Below, piece after piece: positions 27,666-36,804 of a stretch of 64,000 nucleotides of DNA. The first letter of the stretch is position 1. Every line of letters begins with the position of its first letter. The notes below the pieces were generated by a model that worked only from the letters and a program-made list of their open reading frames with translations, was not told the origin of the DNA and searched no databases. Made by a program: the position numbers and the translations under genes. The DNA lies in NCBI GenBank assembly GCA_963762215.1, contig CAVXKB010000013.1, positions 34,141 to 98,140 of the forward strand, written 5' to 3'. This DNA is from an uncultured Actinomycetota bacterium (lineage in GTDB: Bacteria; Actinomycetota; Thermoleophilia; Gaiellales; Gaiellaceae).

Positions 27666-28000
27666 GGAGGAACCGGTGGTGGCTCCTGATCGGCGTACCC
27701 GTCGTCGCCATCGTCGCGATAGTGGCCGGAGTGACGCTGAAACTCTCGGGCGGCGGTGGGTCGAAGCAACTCACCCACGCCGACTTCGTACGTCTCTGGC
27801 AGGGAACGCGCATCGGCGATCCGAGAGGGGCGGTGCTCGCGCGCTGGCCGAAGAACCCCTACCAGCACTACACCGACAGCCTGAAGAACGATTGCTACGA
27901 GTGGGCGGACGTGCCGGACCCGACGCGCAACAACATGCCGGAGAATCTCTACAATCTCTGCTTCAAGCACGGTGTCGTCAGCTCGAAGGATTTGCTGTGA
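27662..28000 (+). CDS. Small membrane-anchored hypothetical protein
   Basis: ATG overlaps the upstream stop (ATGA). MRRNRWWLLIGVPVVAIVAIVAGV anchor. 112 aa with two Cys (NDCYEW, NLCFKHG). Confidence 0.5.
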   Translation: MRRNRWWLLIGVPVVAIVAIVAGVTLKLSGGGGSKQLTHADFVRLWQGTRIGDPRGAVLARWPKNPYQHYTDSLKNDCYEWADVPDPTRNNMPENLYNLCFKHGVVSSKDLL

Positions 28001-28058
28001 GATCTTGTTTCGGAGGACTTGGCCGGACGACAAAGGCGATCGGTTTCGAGGAGGTTCG

Positions 28059-28475
28059 GTGTCGGTGCTTCGCGCTCGACGACTCGCAACGCTAGGAGCG
28101 GCCACTCTAGGGCTCGCCCTTCTCTGCTCGTCAGCGTCCTTGGCCGGGAACCGCACGACGGCGCCCTCGCAGAACGTGACGGTCTACTTCGTGATCACGG
28201 ACAAGAACATCGCCTACGAGATCCTCCGCGCGACGACAGGCGGCAGCGGTGACCTGACCCTCGAGAAGTACGTCCTCCGCGGCGACTTCGCCAACTTCAT
28301 CGTCATCAACCGCGGAAAGAAACCGCACAGCTTCGACTTCCTCGGGAAGAAGTTCGCGCTGTCGCCGGGCCGCAGGGCGCACTTCTTCCGGTCACTCCTG
28401 GTCAGAGGCAAGTTCCCATACCACAGCACGACCGACCCGGGGAAGGCGTTCAGGGGCGTGTTCCCTGTCTATTGA
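28059..28475 (+). CDS. Secreted cupredoxin-fold-like protein lacking copper ligands
   Basis: GGAGG sits 5 nt before GTG 28059. Signal peptide LATLGAATLGLALLCSSASLAG. Layout parallels the blue-copper paralogs (FIVINRGKKPHSFDF...FPYHSTTDPGKAFRGVF), but Cys and Met positions are replaced. Confidence 0.5.
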   Translation: MSVLRARRLATLGAATLGLALLCSSASLAGNRTTAPSQNVTVYFVITDKNIAYEILRATTGGSGDLTLEKYVLRGDFANFIVINRGKKPHSFDFLGKKFALSPGRRAHFFRSLLVRGKFPYHSTTDPGKAFRGVFPVY

Positions 28476-28591
28476 CCCGCTTGTCTCGGTGAAGCTGCTC
28501 TCGGCGCCCTAGCGGCCGTTGCAGCGCGCCGACAAGGGTGGTAGGTTTCGTCGATCAGCGTTTCTGCGATTCGGTATCTCGTAGCTAGCCG

Positions 28592-29263
28592 ATGTGGAGG
28601 GAGGATCCTGGCGTGAGACGAATCGGTTCGGCCCAGGGGTCGCTCAGAGTTGTCTTTTGCTCTTCAGTGCTGATCGTGCTCGGTCTCATCGCTGCGGCAT
28701 CAGCCGGCGCGGTGACGATCACGAGCTGGGTCGGCGGGAAAGCTTCAGTGCCGCAGGTGATAACGGCCGCCGGCAACTGCCCCGGCACCGTGGTGACGAT
28801 CACCGGAACCGGGTTCGTCAACGACGGCGGTATCGTCGGAGTTTCGATCGCAGGCGCGCCCGCAGGGCAGATCATCGTCGGCTCGGACACGCAGCTCTTC
28901 GCGGTGACCGGCGCGGGCGCATCGACTGGCCCGATCGTCGTCACAACCAAGGCGGGGTCGGCCACGGCCAGCCCCCTTCCGGTCGTCTACCCGTGTCAGT
29001 CCACCGGTGTAGCGCAAGCTGCACCGACGCTCACCTCCGTCAGTCCCCAGCAGGCGAAGAGCGGGAAGAAGCTCAAGCTGATCGGGAGCGGATTCGTCGG
29101 CGTCACGTCGGTGACGGTTGCCGGACATCCCGCCACATATGCAGTCCCGGGGGACACCCTCATGTACGTGATCGTGCCGACCACCGCGAAGGCCGGCTTG
29201 AACACGATTGTGGTCACGAACAACAAGGGAAGCGCGAAAGTGGTGTTCCAGAAGATCGGCTGA
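28592..29263 (+). CDS. Secreted protein with two IPT/TIG domains
   Basis: Two repeats of the IPT/TIG pattern: GTVVTITGTGFVNDGGIVGVSIAGAPAG...GPIVVTTKAGSA and GKKLKLIGSGFVGVTSVTVAGHPA...NTIVVTNNKGSA. Confidence 0.75.
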   Translation: MWREDPGVRRIGSAQGSLRVVFCSSVLIVLGLIAAASAGAVTITSWVGGKASVPQVITAAGNCPGTVVTITGTGFVNDGGIVGVSIAGAPAGQIIVGSDTQLFAVTGAGASTGPIVVTTKAGSATASPLPVVYPCQSTGVAQAAPTLTSVSPQQAKSGKKLKLIGSGFVGVTSVTVAGHPATYAVPGDTLMYVIVPTTAKAGLNTIVVTNNKGSAKVVFQKIG

Positions 29264-29350
29264 GAACCGCGCTTGAACTGCCAATACCGGCCTCCCGCGG
29301 TCACGCCTCGGGAGGCCGGTACGATTGACGCTCATGGGAGGTCAGAAGCA

Positions 29351-30061
29351 ATGAGGCGTTTACGTTGGCGTTTGGCGTTGCCTGCGCTCGGCGGTCTGGG
29401 TGCGACCGCGGCTCTGTTCGTCGCGCTTGGCACCGGGTCCGCTCCGGCGGCGCTCGAGCACTCGGTCCGTCATTCGGTAGCCGTCGAGTCGGCAACGAAC
29501 CAGAAGCTCAGCGTAATCACGGTGATCGCCGGTAAGCCTTCCGAGCTTGCCTTCAAGCTGACGAAGACCTCCCTCGTGCCGGTCGGCACGGTCACGTTCA
29601 AGGTGACGAACCTGGGCGTCGCGTTCCACAACTTCAAGATCTGCACGATTCCGGTGCCGAGCGCCGCAGGCGCCAAGAATTTCTGCATCGGGACGTCGAC
29701 ACGTACGTTGAAGCACGGGCAGTCGCAGACCCTCACGGTCAAGTTCTCGCTGGCCGGCACCTATGAGTTCCTCTGCACCGTGCCCGGGCATGCCGCGGCG
29801 GGGATGAAGGGGATCCTCGGCATCGGCGTCGCGGTTACGGCCGCCGACGAGGCGGCTGCGGCGTCGGCTGGCAAGGTCCTCACGAGCAGCGGCGGCGGCG
29901 AGCCACGACGACGAAGGTCGGCAGCGGCGGTGGCGGGAGCGGCGACACCTCAGGGTGTGCTGCGGGCGTCACAATCAAGTCGTCCGGAGCCGCGGATGCC
30001 GACGGTGACGAGCTCGGAACTGAGCCCGACGATAACGACGGCTGCATCTAGCGCCGCCTGA
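29351..30061 (+). CDS. Secreted type-1 copper protein (paralog of 10018..10443) with uncertain C-terminal tail
   Basis: GGGAGG RBS. Signal peptide. VAFHNFKIC and FLCTVPGHAAAGMKGILGI ligand loop. After ~29900 an alternative frame (stop at 30049-30051) looks more protein-like than the listed one. Confidence 0.8.
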   Translation: MRRLRWRLALPALGGLGATAALFVALGTGSAPAALEHSVRHSVAVESATNQKLSVITVIAGKPSELAFKLTKTSLVPVGTVTFKVTNLGVAFHNFKICTIPVPSAAGAKNFCIGTSTRTLKHGQSQTLTVKFSLAGTYEFLCTVPGHAAAGMKGILGIGVAVTAADEAAAASAGKVLTSSGGGEPRRRRSAAAVAGAATPQGVLRASQSSRPEPRMPTVTSSELSPTITTAASSAA

Positions 30062-30119
30062 TTTCTGTCCAGGGAGAAAAGAATGGTCCGGAGCGGTTCG
30101 CGGCGCGGTGCTGCCGCTG

Positions 30120-31112
30120 TCAGGCGGTTTGGATTCGCGCCCTGACCGTACCCTTGCCGTCGAGGTAGGTATGGCCGCAGATCTGCACGACGACGCGCGG
30201 AGGGCTCAGATTCTGGAGAGAGACAAGCAGGGTCCCTGCTGAGCCCTCACGGCAGGCGGTATCGCTCGACGAACTCACGACGATATGCGCACGGAGGAGC
30301 GAACCGTAGGTGTGCCGGAACTCGATCGGCGCGCCGACGTGTAGCGCCAGCGACTGCTTCTTTCCCTTGCTTGCGAGCTCGAGACGGAAGTCCGTGGCGC
30401 GGAGGTCGCGGATCGTCCCGACCATGCTCCCGGCCGTGTCCGCGGTGGTCTCGAACGAGCCGCTGCTGCTGGCGCTGCTCGTAACTCCTGCGCTCGTGGT
30501 CTGAACATCGAAGCTGAAGGTCCAGAGCGACGTCAGGCTGACCGGCCCGCCGTTGCCAGCAAGCTTGCAATCGTGCGCGAACGGCTGCGCCGCCTTGAGC
30601 ATCGAGTTGGCCATGACCTCGAACCGCGGCACGTCGTTCGTCTCGAGTTGCTTGAGGTTGTCGACGAAGGTAGCGAGGCTCCACGTCTTCGCTCCGACGA
30701 TGCGGTAGACGCGATCGCTGTCGTTCCAGGCCTGCGCCCTCGTCGCGATCGGCTGCTGGCGGCCCAGCGCGGTGCAACCGACGTAGAAGTCGTTCCACGG
30801 GTTGAGGTCGATCGGGAGCGCATAGCGCACGCTCACCTGTAGGTATCTGCCGTCCGTCGTCTTGTAGTCGCAGGTGAGCTCGACGATCGGGGCCCCGAAG
30901 AGCACCGTCGGGTCCAACGCCGAAGCAACAGGTGTCAGAGGCGTCAGAATCGAGCGCCCGCCCTCGCTCTCCGGTGGGTTCGACCAGCCAGCCGGGGCGG
31001 CGGGACACCCGATCGTCTCCGCCTGGTCCCGGTATGGGTCCGGTGAAGCGCCCGCCACTCCGGCGCTGAGGACGAGCGTCAACAGGACTCCGGCAGTCAC
31101 CCAAGCGCGCAT
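30120..31112 (-). CDS. Hypothetical secreted protein
   Basis: ORF trimmed to MRAWVTAGVLLTLVLSAGVAGA. 330 aa with six Cys. No recognisable domain. Confidence 0.55.
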   Translation of the reverse strand: MRAWVTAGVLLTLVLSAGVAGASPDPYRDQAETIGCPAAPAGWSNPPESEGGRSILTPLTPVASALDPTVLFGAPIVELTCDYKTTDGRYLQVSVRYALPIDLNPWNDFYVGCTALGRQQPIATRAQAWNDSDRVYRIVGAKTWSLATFVDNLKQLETNDVPRFEVMANSMLKAAQPFAHDCKLAGNGGPVSLTSLWTFSFDVQTTSAGVTSSASSSGSFETTADTAGSMVGTIRDLRATDFRLELASKGKKQSLALHVGAPIEFRHTYGSLLRAHIVVSSSSDTACREGSAGTLLVSLQNLSPPRVVVQICGHTYLDGKGTVRARIQTA

Positions 31113-31228
31113 GCGCACCCGCACAACTATCGCACATCGAGGCGAGAGAGCAGAAGAGGCGGGGCTATACTCGGGGCTTGGGGACTGCTCGAAGGAACGG
31201 AGCCCCCCTGCGCGGGCCGGGCCAGTCG

Positions 31229-32239
31229 ATGGTGATCTTTCTCGCCATCGGGTTGGTGCTCGCCGTGGCTGGGGGCACGATCTACGTCCTGGTCGGCCGC
31301 TCTTCAACGCCGTCGTCGGCGTCAGCGACGACGCCGATGTCGGCGAACGCGCTGGCGCTGCGGGGACTTCTGGGCCACCCGCTCACCGCTCCCGAGTGCA
31401 CCCCGATCAAGGGGCCTCGCTGGGTCTACCCGATCGGGCCTGCTGTTCCGAGCCTGCCGAATGTCGTCGCGAACATCAGGAGCAACCTGTACGAGGTTTT
31501 CGCGATCAACTACAGCTGCAAACAGGCGTCCGCGTGGATTCAGAAGCTCTCCCGGCTGCACATACCGATCAGGCACTCCGGAAACGTCTCTGTGCTGAAG
31601 GGGCCTCCCGGCTATTACTGCTCCGCGTGGCCAGACGCGAACGGCCAGGCATACGCCGGGGGGTGCCAGTCGAATGGTGGCGGTCGCTGCGAGCCGACGA
31701 AAAACGGCGCCGGCTACCAGTATCCCAACGGGCGCGGCTGCAAGCTGGCGGGCGGCAACAAAGCATTCGGCTGGAACTGGAACGTGGCTAATCGCCGCGT
31801 CGTCTTCGCGCATGACAGCAAGGGTGTCCTTCACCTCATCCACGTCTCTGGATCGGATACGAACGTCGTCTTCAACTATCTGAACGGTTCCTACAAGCTC
31901 GAGGTCATGAACACGAGCGGCATCGGTTACCTCGACGGATTCACGTGGACGCCGTCGCCCGGCTGGACCGTGACACGGATCAAGAACGCGAGTGGCGCCG
32001 CGTGCTCCGTCACACAGGCAGGGAAGATCACCTGCAGCGGCACCGTGCAACCACCGAGCTGCCTCTGCACAGGAGACGGCGGCATCGTTTCCGTCGAGTT
32101 CACCGCCACTCCGACGAAGAAGAACGCCGGTTACCTGTTCGGAGGCTCGGCGACCCAGTTCAAGGTGACGAAGATGACGCCGGTGCCCTACCTCATCCCG
32201 GGCACGCCCGACGAAGCGGCCAAGCGCGCGGGCGTCTAG
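31229..32239 (+). CDS. Membrane-anchored/secreted protein, family A, with extra Cys-rich N-domain
   Basis: MVIFLAIGLVLAVAGGTIYVLV anchor. C-terminal domain YKLEVMNTSGIGYLDGFTWTPSP...AACSV...ITCSG...PPSCLCTGDGG...MTPVPYLIP. Confidence 0.65.
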   Translation: MVIFLAIGLVLAVAGGTIYVLVGRSSTPSSASATTPMSANALALRGLLGHPLTAPECTPIKGPRWVYPIGPAVPSLPNVVANIRSNLYEVFAINYSCKQASAWIQKLSRLHIPIRHSGNVSVLKGPPGYYCSAWPDANGQAYAGGCQSNGGGRCEPTKNGAGYQYPNGRGCKLAGGNKAFGWNWNVANRRVVFAHDSKGVLHLIHVSGSDTNVVFNYLNGSYKLEVMNTSGIGYLDGFTWTPSPGWTVTRIKNASGAACSVTQAGKITCSGTVQPPSCLCTGDGGIVSVEFTATPTKKNAGYLFGGSATQFKVTKMTPVPYLIPGTPDEAAKRAGV

Positions 32240-32300
32240 CCTCGAGTGGCGCTGGGTGCGGCCCGTTCCCCGGAACCGCGTCGGTTCTGTCATCAGCCTG

Positions 32301-33152
32301 ATGTCGCGATCGCTGTTCGCGGCTGCAGCGGCGGTAGTGCTCGCGTGCACGCTTGGCAGCTGCGGGGGGAGCACCGATCCATTGCATGCCGCGGTCGCCG
32401 CGTCGAGTACTGCGATGAGCAAAACGGTGCTGGCGGATGTGACCTTGCAGCGGGTCAACGCGCTCGGCGCGCCGCGCAGGTCCCTTCACGGTCGCGGAGC
32501 GGTCGTCTTCGACAAAGGCGTCGGATACGAAAGGCTCGATCTTCCCGCTTTCAAGCAGCAGCCCGCAGCGCAGGAGTTCGTGGACCTGCTGCCCCAGAGC
32601 GTCTACTTCCTCCGCAGGGTCGCAGCAGGCACGGTGGCCTACAACGGCAAGAGCTGGGTGTCCGCGACGCTCACCGGGTCCGGGTCGGTGGACGGGATCG
32701 TTCCACGGTTCGTGCTCCAGGTCGAGAGTTTGACTCCGCAGTTCCTGCTCGACGAGATCGTCTGGGGCGGCAAGTCCGCCGTGCACGTGGGCAACCCGGT
32801 GATCGACCATGTGCCGCTGTCCGAATATCGCGTGACCATCGACCTTAAGCGAGCCTTGTCGGCGGCGACTGGTCCCTCGGCCGGCGCGATGAGGCTGGCG
32901 ATCAAGGACGAGCTCGCCGCCGCCGGATCGCGCCCCACGATGATCACCGTTTGGGTCGACGGCCCCGGGCGGGCTCATAGGTTGCGTGCCTCGGTGCCGG
33001 GCTCGGGCATCGGAACGACCTCCATGCTTCTGAACGGCTACGGAGCCACGCTCGACGCGAACCTGCCGCCTCCGTCGCAGATCCTCTCGATCGAGGCTCG
33101 GACGCCTGGGGGCAGAGACCAGCTCAGCTCATTCTGGCCCCTGGGCGGCTAG
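32301..33152 (+). CDS. Hypothetical lipoprotein
   Basis: MSRSLFAAAAAVVLACTLGSCGG (lipobox LGSC). 283 aa. No recognisable domain. Confidence 0.55.
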   Translation: MSRSLFAAAAAVVLACTLGSCGGSTDPLHAAVAASSTAMSKTVLADVTLQRVNALGAPRRSLHGRGAVVFDKGVGYERLDLPAFKQQPAAQEFVDLLPQSVYFLRRVAAGTVAYNGKSWVSATLTGSGSVDGIVPRFVLQVESLTPQFLLDEIVWGGKSAVHVGNPVIDHVPLSEYRVTIDLKRALSAATGPSAGAMRLAIKDELAAAGSRPTMITVWVDGPGRAHRLRASVPGSGIGTTSMLLNGYGATLDANLPPPSQILSIEARTPGGRDQLSSFWPLGG

Positions 33153-33161
33153 TACACGCGG

Positions 33162-34184
33162 TCAGAAGAGCCCGATTTGCTCGAGGAGCCGCGCTGCCTT
33201 CTGGTCGTTCCCGAGCTGAGCGGCGCTGAGAGTGGTGTGGGCGATCGAGCCGAGCGGCGGCAACGCGCTGTTGGGCGCGACGTCCGCTCGAGCCGGGTAT
33301 TCGAAATCGGCGCTGTTCGCGATGATCCGCTGGCCGGCCGCGCTGACGAGAAACCTGACGAACCGATCAGCGTCGGCGCGGTGGCTGCTCGAGGCGAGCA
33401 CGGCTGCCCCGGAGATGTTCGTGATCGATCCCGCATCGCCACGCCGAAAGTAGTGGAGGGTGCTGTGCATCGCGCTCCGCCCGACCTCGAGCTGAAGGCG
33501 GTACCAGTAGTACTGGTTGATCAGGCCCGAAGCAACGTCGCCTCGGTTGACCGCCGCCACGACGGCCTCGTCGTCCTGGTAGAGGTCGGCGTTTCGTTTC
33601 AGCCCCTGAAGCCAGGCCGTTGCGGCTGTGGCGCCGTACTTGGCGATGACGGCACCCACGAGAGGGGGGAAGTCGGAGTCGGTCGGGGCGATCGCGATCT
33701 TCCCCTTCCACTGCGGCCGGGCCAGGTCGAGGATCGACGCGGGCAGCCGAGACGACGAGAGCAGCGTCGGATCGTAGGAGAGGCTGCTGACACGCAACGC
33801 CATCCCTACCCACCTGCCCGCGCTCGAGCTGTCGCGGGCCGGAACCCGGCGGAGGGTCGATCTGCCGAGCTTGGCCAGCAACCCGTGCTGTTCGAGCATC
33901 GTCAGCTCGGGGGAGTTCTCGGAGATGTAGACGTCCGCGGGAGAATGGCTCCCTTCCTGGAGGATCTGGTCGGCGAGGACGACGCTGTCGGTCGTCCGCA
34001 TGCGAACCGCGATTCCCGTCTGCTTCTCGAACGCGGCCACGAGTTCCTGGGTCAGCTGAGGATGCTGACCGTTGTAGAGGACGATCGAAGGCTTGCCACC
34101 GCTACCACCGCAGCCGCTCAGCGCCGCTGCCAGTGGCGTTACGAGCACCACCAGCACCGCTATTTTCACGCGAGCGATGGTCAC
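33162..34184 (-). CDS. ABC transporter substrate-binding lipoprotein, Fe(III)-type (FbpA/AfuA-like)
   Basis: Lipobox LSGCGG. IVLYNGQHPQLTQELVAAFEKQTGIAVRMR is typical of iron(III)/thiamine-type SBPs. GTGA overlap with the ATPase stop. Confidence 0.8.
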   Translation of the reverse strand: MTIARVKIAVLVVLVTPLAAALSGCGGSGGKPSIVLYNGQHPQLTQELVAAFEKQTGIAVRMRTTDSVVLADQILQEGSHSPADVYISENSPELTMLEQHGLLAKLGRSTLRRVPARDSSSAGRWVGMALRVSSLSYDPTLLSSSRLPASILDLARPQWKGKIAIAPTDSDFPPLVGAVIAKYGATAATAWLQGLKRNADLYQDDEAVVAAVNRGDVASGLINQYYWYRLQLEVGRSAMHSTLHYFRRGDAGSITNISGAAVLASSSHRADADRFVRFLVSAAGQRIIANSADFEYPARADVAPNSALPPLGSIAHTTLSAAQLGNDQKAARLLEQIGLF

Positions 34185-35218
34185 GGAGGGAAGATAGCCA
34201 CCGTCCCGAAGACGGTGACATGTGCGAGCTCCCCCGGAGCGGGGGCGTTCTGGTCGAACGTCTTCGCAGCGATCTGGGTCTGGGAGCCGTCGGTCAGGAC
34301 CAGCCGCACCAGCGTCTCCGGGCCGTAGTAGACGGAGCCGGTCACCGAGGCCGCGAGGCCCCCTTCCTCGGATGACACGAGCCGGATCTGCTCAGGCCGG
34401 ATCATCACCTGAACCGGCCCCTCATGGACGGGGCCTCCGGCCTCGAGCCGCCCGAGGACACATTCGACCTTTCCGTCGGCGATTTGCCCTGGCACGATGA
34501 CCGCCTCGCCGAGGAAGCGTGCGACGTCGAGATCGACCGGAGCCGTGTAGAGCTCAGCGGGCGTCCCGGTCTGGACGAGCCGGCCAGCTCGCAGTAGCGC
34601 GACCTCGCGTCCCATCGACAACGCCTCGGCCTGGTCGTGGGTGACGAGTACGGCTGTCGTTCCCGCTTGCGAGAGTGCCGCGAGGACCGCTTCGCGAGTC
34701 TCGGCGCGGAGAGCAGCGTCGAGACCGGAAAAGGGCTCGTCGAGGAGCACGACCCGAGGCCGCGGAGCGAGCGCTCTGGCGAGAGCCACGCGGCGTTGCT
34801 CTCCGCCCGAGAGCTCGTGCGGGTTGCGTTCTGCATACTCGCGGCCGAGCCCGACCAGGTCGAGCATCTCCCCGATCCGCGGGCTCTTCCGCTCCGAGCG
34901 GGGCAGGCCGAAGGCGACGTTCTCGGCGACGTTGAGATGGGGGAACAGGGCCCCTTCCTGGGCGACATAGCCGACCCCACGTTTGTCGGGTGCAGCGTGC
35001 ACTCGACCCGCGTCGGCTACGACGGTCCCGCCCAGCGTGACGGCCCCTCGATCGGCCGTGATGAACCCGATGATCAGACGAAGAAGCGTCGTCTTGCCGC
35101 TTCCCGAGGCGCCCAGGATCGCGGTGAGCGTGCCGGACGGGACGACGAGGTCGAGGTCGGTGAGCACCGCGCGCGGCCCGTATGACTTGGCAAGGCCGAT
35201 GCAGCGCAGCTCCGCCAT
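34181..35218 (-). CDS. ABC transporter ATP-binding protein (FbpC-like, with C-terminal TOBE-like domain)
   Basis: Walker A GASGSGKTT, signature LSGGEQRRVALARAL, Walker B VVLLDEPFS. Confidence 0.92.
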   Translation of the reverse strand: MAELRCIGLAKSYGPRAVLTDLDLVVPSGTLTAILGASGSGKTTLLRLIIGFITADRGAVTLGGTVVADAGRVHAAPDKRGVGYVAQEGALFPHLNVAENVAFGLPRSERKSPRIGEMLDLVGLGREYAERNPHELSGGEQRRVALARALAPRPRVVLLDEPFSGLDAALRAETREAVLAALSQAGTTAVLVTHDQAEALSMGREVALLRAGRLVQTGTPAELYTAPVDLDVARFLGEAVIVPGQIADGKVECVLGRLEAGGPVHEGPVQVMIRPEQIRLVSSEEGGLAASVTGSVYYGPETLVRLVLTDGSQTQIAAKTFDQNAPAPGELAHVTVFGTVAIFPP

Positions 35219-35220
35219 CC

Positions 35221-36804
35221 TCAGGCCTCCCCGAACGCGCGAACCTTGCCGAAGCGGCTCATGAGAACGTACGCGGCCGCCATCGCCAGCGCGATCAGCA
35301 CTGCTGCGAACGGTGCGGCGGCCGCGAACGCCACCGTCGAGCTGTTGGCCTGGAACTCGGTTCCCAACGTGTACAGGTTGAGCGGTAGCAGCACCTGCGC
35401 AGTCGCGAGATCACCGAGCACGAACGTGAAGACGAGAACCGCGGCGGCCACGAACCCGGGTCGCGCCAGCGGCATCGTGACCCGCCAAAGGGCTCGCAGA
35501 GGACCCGAGCCGAGCGACCGCGCAGAGTCCTCGAGCGCAGGCTCGATCTGTCCCAGCGTGGCACGGATAGCGACCACTGCGAACGGCACGAAGAGGACCG
35601 CCTCGGCGACGACGAGCAGGGTAAAGCTGCCGTAGAGGAACCGCGCCCAGCGGCTCGCCGCATATGAGAGGGCGATTGCAGCCACGAGGTCGGGGAGAGC
35701 GAAGGAGAGATAGGTCGCGCGCTCGAGGAGCGTCACCCTCCGCCCTTTGTAGCGAACAGCGAGGATCGCGACGGGGAAGGCGAGGAGGAGCGCGACCGCG
35801 GCCGAGCAGGCCCCGAGGAGGACCGATGTGTAACTCGCCGGCAGCAGATATTGCGTGTTCGCTGCGGCCATCGACAGCGCGGCATGACTGCTCTGGGAAA
35901 ACCAGTCCACCAGCATCGCGATCGGGATGCCGACACTCACCGCCACGACAGCCGCGAAGCCGGCGAGGACCGGCACCGTTGCCCGCCCGAGGTCGTAGCG
36001 AGTGGTCGCCCGCCGTGCGCCCTGACTGACGCGTGTGTAGTTGGCGTTGCCCCTCAGCCGAGCCTCACCGAAGAGGAGCATCAGGCACAGCGCGATCGAG
36101 AAGAACGACAGAGCCGCAGCGCCCGACGTGCTGAACCCGAGCCGGTACTGGGCGTAGACATTCGATGAGAACGTCCGGAACCGCAGCGCGACGAACGCGT
36201 CGAACTCGACGAGGGCATCCAACGCCACCAAGAGCAAGCCGCCGAGGAGTGCCGGGCGAAGCTGCGGCAGCACGACACGAAAGAACGTTCGGCGAGCGCT
36301 GAGTCCCAGTGACCGCGCGGACTCCTCGAGTGCCGGATCGAGGCCCCGTAGCGCAACGGCGACGAGCAGGTAGACGATCGGGTAGTACGAGAACGCGACG
36401 ATCCCCGCGGCGCCCCAAAATCCCTGGAGCGGCTGCCCGAGCGTCGCCCAGGCGTAACTCGTCACGAACAGCGGCACCGTCAACGGGGCGACAAGGAGTA
36501 CGGCCCAGATCCGGCGACCCGGTAGCCGTGTCCGCTCGACGAACCAGGCGCCGGCCACGCCGATCACTCCCGCGACCGGCGTCGCCACCAATGCCAGTAA
36601 CACGGTATGCGTCAGCAGCGTTACCGATGAGGAGGCTTGGAGTGCGCTGCGGATCGCCGAGAGCCCACCCTCGAAAGCTTGGTCGACGGCCACCACGACA
36701 GGGAGGGCCACGATGATCGCGACCGCGGTGCAGACCGCGAGGAGCCCGCGAGGGATCACCTCGCGCGAAGTGGAAATCGAGTGATGCCTTACGTTCCGTC
36801 CCAC
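35221..36804 (-). CDS. ABC transporter permease, duplicated FbpB-type (two MetI-like halves)
   Basis: 527 aa, about 12 TM. Two EAA-like loops (LEESARSLGLSARRTFFRVVLPQLRP and LEDSARSLGSGPLRALWRVTMPLARP). Confidence 0.88.
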   Translation of the reverse strand: MGRNVRHHSISTSREVIPRGLLAVCTAVAIIVALPVVVAVDQAFEGGLSAIRSALQASSSVTLLTHTVLLALVATPVAGVIGVAGAWFVERTRLPGRRIWAVLLVAPLTVPLFVTSYAWATLGQPLQGFWGAAGIVAFSYYPIVYLLVAVALRGLDPALEESARSLGLSARRTFFRVVLPQLRPALLGGLLLVALDALVEFDAFVALRFRTFSSNVYAQYRLGFSTSGAAALSFFSIALCLMLLFGEARLRGNANYTRVSQGARRATTRYDLGRATVPVLAGFAAVVAVSVGIPIAMLVDWFSQSSHAALSMAAANTQYLLPASYTSVLLGACSAAVALLLAFPVAILAVRYKGRRVTLLERATYLSFALPDLVAAIALSYAASRWARFLYGSFTLLVVAEAVLFVPFAVVAIRATLGQIEPALEDSARSLGSGPLRALWRVTMPLARPGFVAAAVLVFTFVLGDLATAQVLLPLNLYTLGTEFQANSSTVAFAAAAPFAAVLIALAMAAAYVLMSRFGKVRAFGEA

